From: the human T2T-CHM13v2.0 reference genome, Homo sapiens
NCBI RefSeq assembly: GCF_009914755.1
Contig: NC_060944.1
DNA: 64,000 nt
Direction: 5' to 3' (one strand)
Shown: one piece after another, positions 1 to 12,029 of the stretch
How positions within the stretch are numbered: the first letter of the stretch is position 1
How the letters are laid out: each line of letters starts with the position of its first letter
Translations under genes and position numbers: made by a program
The notes under the pieces: model-generated
The model's input: the letters and a program-made list of their open reading frames with translations, nothing else
Told to the model about the DNA's origin: nothing
The model's database searches: none

Positions 1-319
<319 letters not shown>

Positions 320-534
320 TGAAATATGTAGAAATTAACATTTTATATGAATCTTTTGTTCATCTACCCAAATACTATACGTCATACTACGATAAAATTT
401 GAAAAATAAAATTGTAAAAAAAAAAGGAATATTATTGTTATTTATCTTTAGGCTGCATAACAATTTCTCATTTCCCTCTTCTAACAATACTATGTGGCAT
501 ATAGAGAAGGAAAAGTTAGCTACATACAGTTCAC

Positions 535-645
535 ATATATGGAAACTGAAGCTCAGTTCATTTAAAGGACTTAACGTTAGTTACATGAGAGTTTAAGAGG
601 CAGATTGATAATTTAGCACCAGGTTGTGTGACTCCAATGTCAATA
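535..645 (-). mobile_element. MIR fragment
   Basis: GGAAACTGAAGCTCAG ... CCAGGTTGTGTGACTCCA resembles the antisense MIR core. Confidence 0.5.
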
Positions 646-1629
646 ACTTAGACATTCCTGATAAAGAGACCATGTTCTTTGCCATCAGTAGTTATAGACA
701 TGTTTGAGTCAGCCACTCAATGTATTTAAAAATGTATACTTTCCAATAATTTAAGGAATGTAATACCTTGTCTTGAATTAACTTGCAGATTACGATTGCA
801 TTCTATGTAAGAAAAGGACTTGCTAAGAAAACTAATGATATACTTAAGAAGGCGGAGCCTCTTAAGACTTACTTAAGAGAACAAATTCGATGGGTTGTGA
901 TTGTACTTTACCCATTTGTTGAAACAGATACAAAGGGTACAGGCCAGATCCAATTCAGTGAGCAGTTTTAGATTAGGTTCCTTTTCCATTGAGATAAAAG
1001 TCACATTACTCTCCAAGTTTTCTATTATTTGCCTAACCTTTCCACCCAATTGCTTATTACAGTGAAGTCATTATTGTAGTCATTAGAGTATTATCGGATA
1101 AAAGCATGCATACATTTACATAGTTCTTCCAATAATATCTCATTGGGTTTCCAAGCCTTTGAGCAACTTTGAAGGTTCTAAAGTGCTTGAAAGATGGAAA
1201 GGTTTTGCAGTCTCTAGATCCAAATGATGTTTTGAAGGTGATTCAAGAGTATGTGGCAAGACTGGAATATTTGTCCTTGAGTCTGACTCTACATTCTGAT
1301 CTCTAACCACGGGGTGTTGCCCTCTCCCTCTGTGAGCACGGATGTCTCCAGACAGAAAAAAACCAGAGATATCTTGGACATTAAATAAGGGTGTTTCAAA
1401 GAATATGGGCCACTAAGTCATCTATACCCAATGACTTGGCAGGAAGTAGAATCATCACCTCCTTTTAGAGTCATGATATGTCTGAAATTGTGTTTATTCT
1501 GGTAAAATAAACAGTCATTAGCATGATTCACACTTTTTCCAGCTTTAGCAAAGAACAGATAAATTATCTACTATTATCCTCCTCTACCTTTTACCTCATT
1601 TTTGAGAAATCAAATGTGTTTATATGAAT

Positions 1630-1797
1630 AGCTACCATTTCTTAAGACTTTACCTAGTGCCTGTCCTCTTGCTAAACACAAATCTATGCCTTATCTAAGC
1701 CTCCACAATAGCCCATTATGAGTTAGGCATTATTCTTTTCCTATGTTTACAGATAAGGAAGTGGAGGTTTAAGAGGCTTAAGTAACTTGCCTAACCT
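1630..1797 (-). mobile_element. MIR
   Basis: TTTACAGATAAGGAAGTGGAGGTTTAAGAGGCTTAAGTAACTTGCC matches the antisense MIR core. Confidence 0.8.
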
Positions 1798-2384
1798 AAC
1801 ATTGTTTGGCTTTTATTTGTAAGTACTTCTTTCAGTTACCTCTGCACTCTGAAAATGCTTCAATGATGACTCCAAGACAGACATGCCAATGACAAACATA
1901 CTGATACTTAAATAGATTTTCTTCTGTCTCCATATGTGCATCAGATGAAGACATGAAGCTACAGGTTCAGCTCTTATTGAAAAATTGCATTCGTGCCTTG
2001 AGTTTCTCCATTGAATAATGTAGCATTGATATATTAATTAAAAATAATTTGTGACATTTTCTCATCACCTATGAGATATCACTTTGAAGGCACAGTTGTG
2101 ATAATAAAAAGAATGCTTTAAAGTAAATTTGAATTCCTTAGGAGGTAAGCTTTATTTTCAAATCTTTCTGAGTAAGATTATAGCAAGAGGCTGAAGAAAA
2201 CTTCTAGCATAGTGAGGTGGGTACACTATGGAAGACTTTCTTAAACATCCAGTGTCCCTGTCAATTAATTGTAGATAGTGTAAGTTCAATTTGTCTACAG
2301 AATGAATTTCATCTTACTTGACAAGACACCAAGTTCTTCTTCCTTCCCTCATATTTAGAGGTTCTTATTAGCTTAGATCAGTGT

Positions 2385-2482
2385 AACAGACACTTACAGT
2401 CACCTGCTAGGCTGCAGCTATGTGTTGGGGACTGAGGATATAAAGCTGATGGAACAGTCCAACAGGGAGAGACATAAACATA
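2385..2482 (-). mobile_element. L2 3' end fragment
   Basis: TGTGTTGGGGACTGAGGATATAAAGCTGA ... GGGAGAGACATAAACA resembles antisense L2 3' end. Confidence 0.45.
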
Positions 2483-2817
2483 GGGGGTAGATGGAATTTC
2501 AGAGCTAGCACTAAGAAAAGGCTCTCAGGCCAGATTCTCCAGCTGGGGCCAGGTAAAGGAACTTCATCCTAAATCTGTTTCATATAAGCACCTCGATTTT
2601 TCTAGTTTGGGGTTTCTGCCCTTAATTTTTACATAATAGCTTGTTGATGCAAATAAAGAGGCAAAGGTTCTTCCTCATTTCCCTCTGGGATCAATGGTGG
2701 AAGGTTGGTCGATGTGATGCCAGTGACCTGTGGTAGTAGCACAGGGGTCTTGACCAGCTCTAACATGCTAGTAAAGTCCTGACAAGTTCATCGTTGACCA
2801 GAAAAAATAATCTAGAG

Positions 2818-3127
2818 CAACAGTAGCCACTAGCCACAGTCGCCTATTGAAAACCTGAAAGGAGGCTGGCGTGAGTTGAAATTTACTGTCAATATAAAAT
2901 GCACATTGGAGTTCAAAGACTTAATATGAGGAAATAATGTAAAATTTATATGTAACATTTTTATGCTGAATACTTCATGAAATAATAATATATTGGATAC
3001 GTTGTTTTAAATAAAATATACTCTTGAATTTAATCTCATTTGTTTCTTGCTCCTTTTCTTAATGTGACTATTAGAACATTTAAAATTACACAAATGGCTC
3101 ATATTATATTTCTACTGAATAGTGCTG
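2818..3127 (-). mobile_element. MER33 (hAT-Charlie MITE)
   Basis: GTAGCCACTAGCCACA ... ATATTATATTTCTACTGAATAGTGCTG; flanked by Charlie-type 8-bp TSD ATCTAGAG (2810-2817) / GTCTAGAG (3128-3135). Confidence 0.85.
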
Positions 3128-4999
3128 GTCTAGAGCCTTCCTACTCTCATTGATGTAACCCTTTTCTAAGACATTTGCTTGGGAGAGAGAATTTATCTTT
3201 TATGTTAAATGGCCTCCCAAATAGCAGAGAAACATTCTGAACCAACACTATTTTTCTCTTCCTGTTTCTGTACTGCCATCTAGGTTGTTATAAAACGTTT
3301 TAAATATTATCTATTAAATACCAACAAAGTGTAGAAATTATAAAAGAAAAATATTTAGAAAAAATAGCAAAAGTGAATCTTAGAATTTGGAAAAATGTTG
3401 TTATGAAACAAAATTAGCAGACAACTTTTTTTTTTAAATGCTCCTTTAACTACAACTTTGTGAATTGCTCAAAACCGAATTCTGCTTAAAATTTTCGTGG
3501 TGTTAGCATCTCTTGAATGCTGTTGGTTTCAAAGTAGATTAAACTTTAACAATTATGATTGAAGGTTTACTATTAAAAAGTAATTTCCATCAGGGAACCT
3601 ATGCTCTGGCCCTATGCATTCTCCAATGCATCATTCGCTCTGTTTCCTTAACCATTAAAGCAAGGGGATAGAATAAACAATCTCTGTTTGCTTTGATTTA
3701 GGCAGTCTCTATTTTTTTATGTGCTATAAACCACATTTGTTTTAAAAATGGATAAATACTATAACTGGAATAAAATTTTCAATTTTTTATTCTGTTACTC
3801 TTCAAAAAAGATATCTGACTCAATATTTTCCTTTTTCACTGAAGAAATATATTATTTTTTATCTATAACCAAGGAAAAGTTGCGTAATTTATATTTTGCA
3901 GGATTTGAAAGAGTAATTTTCTTTCTTCCCCTATTATCTGACATTGAATGTTTTCCTTGATAAGAAAGAGAGGAATAGCCTATTTACTCTAAAAATGTTT
4001 TCAAAGCTTTTTAAAAGCAGCACTTAAAATTGGTTGATAAAGCAAAACTAGAGACTATTGTACAGGTATATACAATGTATAAATAATTAAAATGATGTTA
4101 AGTAGGGAGACTTATTATTTTTATTATGATCCTAAATCTGCCATATAAAAAAAGACAACAAAAACAAACTTTTACCAGCTTAAAATTGCTATGGGCATCA
4201 CATAATGAATAATAAGTCAGTTACTAGAACTATACTTTATATGTATTTAATTTCATTCATTTTCAGTATTGTTTTTAGTAATAATAATAATTTTCTAAGA
4301 TGGTATTAATTAGCACCTTTCCATTGGCCCACTGTAAATGATTAATATTTCATGATCTCATAGTTCTTTAATAACTAATATATTAGAAACACTAGTAATT
4401 CAGGTCTATAAAGCCAATGAAAGGCTGTTAGAGTTGTAGTTTTGTTTCTCAAACTTGCCACTTTTAAAATGTAGATATTAAACCTGTAATTCAGATGTCT
4501 ACATATTATACTTTTATCATTTATTTCATATCATGTGACATAGAGGAAAGTATATTAAAATAATAGATCCCCTGTAAAATGGTGACTCTTTGTATTCCCA
4601 AATATGCACCAAAGTATTTTTTGAATAAAGACTTGTTAATAATGTGACACATTTTGACAGTTTAAAATAAGAGCTTAATCAAAAAAAAATTAAGGTGACA
4701 CCTCCAATGTTTCTAAAGGTGTTTTCTCTTTCAATGTGGTTAAATGCTGGAGGAAATGCTGCTGGCATATTGTTCCAGCTGTCTTGTTCTAACTTGCTGA
4801 AATAAATAAAAGGACTCATAATAGAGTAGATAGAGAGATGGGGCCTGGGATGTTTGTTTAAAATTTCAGCCATGTTTGAATTGTAAGTGCTGCCAATAAT
4901 TTCAGCCACTTGACTATGAAATGCTTCATCCTGCTCCCCAAGTGTCTACGCACGCTCTGCTCAGCTCAGGTTGCTGACAGGGCTTTCGTGTATGTTCTG

Positions 5000-5590
5000 A
5001 AATGAACTAACTGAACATCTGTCTCAAAGTTCTGAGTTATCTGTATAATTTGGAGAGTTGGCTTGGTGTATTTGGTCAGATTGAAGTAGCTTTGACAACT
5101 AATTGAAATAGCTTTGACAACTTGGAAATATTCGGACAATAACCACATGATAAAAAGAGAATAAAGACTTAGAGTGTTAACCTGAGTTATGACTGACCAG
5201 AGCATGGTAAACTTATTCAATATACAAGAATGAGGCTCTTAGGGATGAGCCTTCCAACTAAGTATCAGAGAACAACTACGAGAGAATTGCAAACTAACTT
5301 GTAAATGGGTATATCCACAGGAAAATAGTCTCCCAGAATACCATCTCCTCCACCAAAGTAAGTGTATGACTTTCAAGGCCTGAAGACTCCACAAGGAAAA
5401 GAGATTGGTTGACTCAAACGCATTATTGACTTGTCAGTTCTGGATTGGCTGGTTGTAGAGAAGCTTGGTGCTGGCCAATTGCTGAACCTCAGACTGTGGT
5501 TGTCAGAAGCTGTGTTGACCTTTGAGATCATTAAAGTTAAGTTCAGATAGTTCAGTTGAGTCACAGACCACAAAGCATGGTTAACCATCA
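5000..5590. promoter_or_regulatory. Candidate enhancer: DR3 nuclear-receptor, AP-1, RUNX and CCAAT motif cluster
   Basis: AGTTCA-gat-AGTTCA 5540-5554; TGAACT-aac-TGAACA 5003-5017; TGACTCA 5410-5416; TGAGTCA 5557-5563; RUNX TGTGGT/ACCACA at 5142, 5495, 5567; ATTGG/CCAAT at 5404, 5444, 5475. Motif evidence only. Confidence 0.4.
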
Positions 5591-6269
5591 GGCTGTTTTT
5601 CTGCTGATTCTGGTCCATTTTCTGATATGAGATTGTTCTGATTTCTTCTTCTGGAGAGAGGAACCCTCACTGTTTCATAATCTTTCATCTCTCTAGGTGC
5701 AGGGTGAGGAGGCAGGCTCACAGAGATGTACTTAAGGCACAGCAGAAGTTTTCCATATCCAGGCAAAGTAGGAGCTTCTTAGAGGGTTACTGAGAAATAA
5801 TGAGGTAAAGCGGTAGATGTCAGTGATGAAAAGGATAAGTTGAGGTAAAACTCGTGCAAAGAGAAAATACAATGCGATCGATTCCTCTTTTACAATATCA
5901 TTATCATATGCACAGTTAGGGGAGCCCTATCTGGTGATGAGATGGTCTATTATTCTGGTCTCACTTTGGCTCTTGAACTCTCTTCTCAAGTTGTCTACAT
6001 CTAATATTGGGACAATGAGCACATCTCCACTTTAATTGGAGTGGTGTGGAAGCAGTCTAGACACATTCATTTTTAACCTGAATTATTAAAACAAGGCAAT
6101 TTTCTCAACTGCCTTATCTAATCCCAGGAAAATGTATCCATACTTTCACGGGCCATTTTATTTTTGGTCTTTGCTGTTTCTTTAGATACAGATGTATTCA
6201 TCTATACAAGCTTTCAGGTGGTAGTGATTATGCTAATATATTCACAAAGCATAGTTCTTTTTAATGAAA

Positions 6270-7070
6270 GGTGAAAATGATGTGTAAGGTCTAGTCTGTG
6301 CTCTCAAGGAATTTAATATCTATTGAGTGGAAAGGTAACACAAATTATAATATGGTACTTGTTTTTATAGTGGTGTTATATATAAAGGAGGTGAATAATA
6401 ATTTTAGCTGGCACAGTAAAAATAGAACTCTCATAGAAAAATTTGAGTCGTATCTTGAAGTAGAGGTTAGGCAGGTGGAGAAAGACACAAAACTCTTTCC
6501 TGGCAGACGTAACTGGTTCTGCAACCTCACAGAGATATGGAACTTAATACGATGGCCAAGGAATAGTGAGCAGGGGCATGAGGCCTGAGCAGAGTCCGTG
6601 GATGAGGAAAATCCTGCAAGACAGGAAAAGAAGGGGAAAGATAAAGCTTTAAATACCAAGCTAAATATTCTGTTTTATTGTTGCTCATTATTGTGTTTTG
6701 TTTTATTATTATTATTATTATTATTAATTATTTTTGCAGTGGAGAGCCACAGCTAAATTTTGAGAAGAGAAGTGAGTTTCTCTGTTTTGCAGGTTATGTA
6801 GATGCCACTATTAGCATAGTGAAGGATGAATTAGACAATAGAAACCCGATTGGAAAGTAATCACCATAGTTCAGGTAGGAGATGAGGAAAGCCTGGATTT
6901 AAAAAACACCAACAACTGCTGGTGATAGGAATAATGGGAGGAAGGAGGCTGATCTGAGAGGAATCTTGGAAAGAGAACAGACAGAAATTGATCATCCAGT
7001 GAACACTGGTGGGGAAAAGACACAAGATAAAAGGGGAAATCAAGGCAGAGTTGCTATTTCTAGCAGAGGC
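6270..7070 (-). mobile_element. L2 fragment
   Basis: Purine-rich antisense L2 features: CTGTGCTCTCAAGGAATTTAATATCTA, ATAGTTCAGGTAGGAGATGAGGAAAGCCTGGA. Confidence 0.6.
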
Positions 7071-7084
7071 CTTTGAGAAGTTAT

Positions 7085-7585
7085 ATTAAGACTCTCTTGG
7101 TTGATGATGTGAGAATGACAGAAAATACAACTCAGAAGAAAAATATAGTGTGTTAGGAGGAATAAAAATAATAAAAAAGAGTGTATTGGCTCATAACTAA
7201 AAATTCCAGGGGTAGAATGTGGCTGGGATCTAGGCATCCAAAACATGCCACCATTTTCTGAGCTCTCCTCACCTCTTGGCTTTCTTTTCCTTTATGCTGG
7301 AATTATTCTCAGGCTCTATGTGATGGTATCAAGGCAGACAGTGACTCCAGCCCAGCATCTTCACAGCAACAAGTCTAGCAGGAAGGAGAGACCTTTGTAC
7401 TCCTTCCTTCAAAAGTTTAATTAGGCCACCCGCTTAGATCTGAACTCACCACTGTGGCCAGGGACATCATTCTCTGAGAGAACCCCATGAAGGAGAGAAG
7501 GAACTGTCTAGGGAAAAGTTGGAGTCCTGTTTCTAAGAGAATGGAAAATAAATTTTGACTGAGCAAAACACTGCAACTCTCACTT
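7085..7585 (-). mobile_element. Old MaLR LTR (MLT1K/L-like)
   Basis: GACAGAAAATACAACTCA, TATTGGCTCATAACTAAAAATTCCAGGGGTAG and CACTGTGGCCAGGG are typical MLT1 segments. Confidence 0.6.
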
Positions 7586-7716
7586 ATAATTTGCAAAACC
7601 ACTAACTAAGGTAGTGAATATAGAAAGGAGAATAGTTCAGGTGGGTGCATGAAGAAAGGAGGAGCAAGATGACAAGAAGGGTTTGTATTTCTTGCTTTGC
7701 ATATCACAATATTAAA

Positions 7717-7770
7717 TAATATCACTTTAATATTAATTAAAGTGATATTAATAATTATCACTATAGTGAT
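7717..7770. repeat. Perfect 15-bp inverted repeat plus adjacent 14-bp palindrome
   Basis: TAATATCACTTTAAT-atta-ATTAAAGTGATATTA (7717-7750); ATCACTATAGTGAT (7757-7770). Confidence 0.95.
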
Positions 7771-8130
7771 TTATAGTTACCATTCAGAGCCTCATTCTAC
7801 TAAAAGCAGGCAATAGATAGTATTGAGAATGTGTATTTGTAAGATATGGCATTTTTTGTATTCTTCAAAAGATTTTGGAGTACTCAGGGTGTGTACTTCT
7901 TTATTATCCATTATAAGTCAGACAATGATTTTCAGATGCATTGTAACGATGTGCACATTTAACACAGTTAGGAATGTATGCAAATTATTACTTTAATCTT
8001 TATTTCATGATTTTTTTTTTGTCCAAATGCTTGAAGATTGTGCCAGATAATAGTTTTTCCTTTCATTCTTTCTTTGTCATTGTTCTAGAGATTTCAGTTA
8101 GACAATTTATATAGAAAAACCCTGTCTCAG

Positions 8131-8495
<365 letters not shown>

Positions 8496-8939
8496 TTACA
8501 TAGAATATTTGAGACCATATATTCTAATTAAATAATCATTTTGCTAGTGGATAATTCTTCCACGTGCTATGCATTAGTATAAACAAAGGGAATATGAATG
8601 TAGAATGCACATATTTTACACTAATCATGTGAAATATTTATTTATTTTAAAATACTGCAATACCAAGTTTCTATCACTATAGAAATGAGATATTTTGAAA
8701 TAGTTATACCATAGTTTAACATGTAGAAGTTATAAGTCAGTGAGAATTTGTTAGTACTGACCTTGTGTTATAGCCTGGCAAGTGCCATTGATTATCAATA
8801 TTATTTATTGCATTATGGTCTAAGCATAATTCTTATACCTTAACAGTTCTCATAGAGGATCTACATTTAAAAATAAATGTAGTTCTGAAATACTCAAGCA
8901 ATGCTAATGGAAATCTGATAGTTGGATTTTATGGACATA

Positions 8940-9080
8940 TGACATAGTAGGAAAAGCACTGGGCTCAGAAGGTACAACTTAATTCTAATACTCTCCTGTT
9001 TTTAGAAATGCAATGTTGGGGAATTCTCACATTCATAGAACCCCAGTTCCTTTTCAATAAAATAGAGAGAATTGGACCTC
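8940..9080 (+). mobile_element. MIR/MIR3 fragment
   Basis: TAGTAGGAAAAGCACTGGGC ... CCCCAGTTCCTTTTCAATAAAATAGAGA. Confidence 0.5.
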
Positions 9081-10339
9081 TGAGGGACGGTAAATATACA
9101 GAAGTGCTTCGGGGGGTTATGTGGGAAGGGGCAGGTAAGCCAGTGGGGAGCTACTGCCCAGCCGCTGCTGGGGATTGCAAATTGTTAAAGTAAAGGAGGA
9201 ATGGGATGGAATCACAGTTTCCTTGGAATGACATGGAATTGAGTACAGTAATACCCATCTCTCATGATTTTCCCATGCACACCTTCCCCAGGGTCCATTT
9301 TTAAGAATGAGGCATTAAGCTGTATGTGAATGTACTTGGCAAATGGGAAAACCCTCCATGAATGCATTGTTATTATTTTGCAGTTCATCTGAGAAAAAGC
9401 TGCCATTTCCTCATACAAGATGAACTGACAGACTTTCTCTTTTTTTCCCTCCCACCAATCCAAAAAACAAGTCTTTATGTTGTTTTCATTAGATAATATT
9501 TATTGTACAGAAACAGGAAAAAGCAGGTTAAACCTATGAGTAATGTCTAGTTATTACATGAGAAAGACACAGTTCCCTAAGGGGATATAGAGTTTTCAGA
9601 ATATGAAGAAATAATATTTGTGGTGAAAGGGAGGAAGAGAGAGTGATAGAGAGAGATTTTTCTAGATACAGTCATGTATATACACTCCCTGTCAAAATTC
9701 TAGACAGGATTCTATTTGGCATTCCTGACAGGATATTGTCAGGAATCAAAGTTAGCCATAATGATGGAGAATTTAATTAAAATTAGGGAGTATGTTTAGC
9801 AAAAAGAAATAACTGTTGATCCAATCATTTTAGTCAGTTTAGTAAAAAGGTCAGACTGGCTGGTATTTAGCTTTGGGTTGACACAGTCAATCCTCTATGT
9901 AGGTATTTATAGTAAGCCTGGAGGGTTTGATGAAATGTGGAGGTAATTGAAAATAAACTATAGTTTGTGGATTCTCAGGAGTTTTGGAATCTGTTATTCT
10001 CTCTGTTTAGTATGGTAATAGTTAAGCATGGCTTCAGTGATTATTACAAAGTTTTCGAAACGAAAGTATTTCTTCTCTATGAAAAAAGAAAATCTTTTGA
10101 ATAATGCTTACTGGCTGTAGATAGATTAACAAAGTTAATGGAGACTTTTTTTCAAAATAAGATACTGACTTTTGATAACACATTTTAAAGAATACTTTGA
10201 TAAATATCAAAATTAACCTTCCCAGCAGAATTCATTCACACATTAATTGAAATAATTTTGGTGGAAATGAAAAGGAAATTGAATAAATTTGGGGTCTTTT
10301 AAACTTTTTTACCTATCAGAGTAACTGATATTTTAAAAA

Positions 10340-10850
10340 ATAGTAATGTTAAATGCTGATGTGGACACTGAAATGGAAACATATTACCATTAGGGAGTAT
10401 GATTTGGTAATGAACATCAAATGTTTGCACGATTTTCTTCTCATAAATTTGCCCTAATACATAGTTTAAAGATACAGGTACTCATAAGGACAAACTAAAA
10501 TTCAATATCACAATAGGACAGTGTTTTGTTAAATTAGTCATATTAGTTGACAAAATAATATGCAACATTAAAAATTACATTCTGGGACATTATCTAAAGA
10601 TGTGAAAATACCTTCACGAAGTCAAATTTTCTTCATACAAAGTCAAGTAACAAAACAGCACTTAAGAGTATCAAGGTATGGAATGTAGAATAAACAGAAA
10701 CACATTGAAAATACTGGTGGAAAGAGTGATTATTTCTGGGTAATAATTAAAAAAGGAAATTTTATTTTCTTGTTTATATTTTATTTTACTGCAACTTCTA
10801 AGTTTTTCAAAGTATATTTGTTACTATTGTAATTACAAAATGAATAGCAT
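10340..10850 (+). mobile_element. Old L1 (L1ME-like) 3' region
   Basis: Degenerate L1M 3' UTR features, e.g. AGTGATTATTTCTGGG ... TTACTATTGTAATTACAAAA. Confidence 0.45.
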
Positions 10851-12029
10851 AAACATTTATTCTGGGGCACTTAATTTTTTACAGCTGTATGCCTCTGGCC
10901 TTACTCTCCACCTCCTCTCAGTTTAGCGCTATATAGTATTTTACTCACATCCCAAAGGGTCTCCCCCACAAACACATCCAAAGAAAGAAAAAGGGTGAAG
11001 GAAGGCAATATCAGGCATCTTCATAACATACTTTACTACTTATCTACTCCGCTCTTCCTTGTCTATTTTTAATAGTCTGATTTTTTTTTGTCAGCTCTTG
11101 CCTCTCCTTGATCAAATACTGTGCTCACGTTTTATTCTAAGTCCCCAAGTCCTCACAGATTACTGAAGGTTTAACCCAAAGTCCCTTAAGATAAGAGTAC
11201 TTCTTTCACAGGATTAAAAGAAAAATCACCCTAAATAAATATCTTTGAATGTTCTTCTCACTCCTCCATTTTCCCTTAACCCCTCAGAATTTATTACTAT
11301 TCTAGATCTTTTGAGAATGTATACTCTTTCCTACTACTTTCTAACCAGCTCCACCTGCTGGTGCTAACCTGTGTGTCTTTGTAATCTGCACCCTTGCCTC
11401 AGATAATGTGGGAGTTTTCCTCAAAACATGACTTCTTTTTCATATTTCTGCATCACTTAGTTCCTGGCATGAGAGGAAGTGGGGTTAGATCTGTTTTAGA
11501 ATATTTTCTTTTGGTCTTAAAATTGTTTAATTTGAGTCACATTTAATTGCTTTTAGGCAAACGGATGAACAATCCTAGAAAATGGACCTCACGAGAGTAT
11601 GCTGAGGTTAGGGTTTGAGGAATAAGCTGCCAATAATTACCTTCCTATTAGGTCCCTCTAAGGATAAACTTAGCAGGACTCCACTGTTTGGAGAACAGAA
11701 TATTTTATTTGGGAATTCAGCAGACACTGACTCAGATTTTGAATTCTTCGCACTTTTTATGATGCTTGACAAGCAGGTATGATCCTACACCTGCTTTGAA
11801 AAATATAACTTGAGGTAAGCCGGTTATGTTTTAGAAGCTTCCTGTTCTTTCTTGAGGTCAACTGAGAAGTTCTGGCCATATTTCTGATAACTTCTCGTCT
11901 AGGAATCTCCCAGGGTACTTTGTAAGCTAATGATCCCCCATACCCACTCCTGAAAGATCTGAATCAACATTAAAATATTTTTGGCATATTCTTTTGGGGC
12001 CAAGAAAAAGAAAAGCAAAGCATAGCCAG

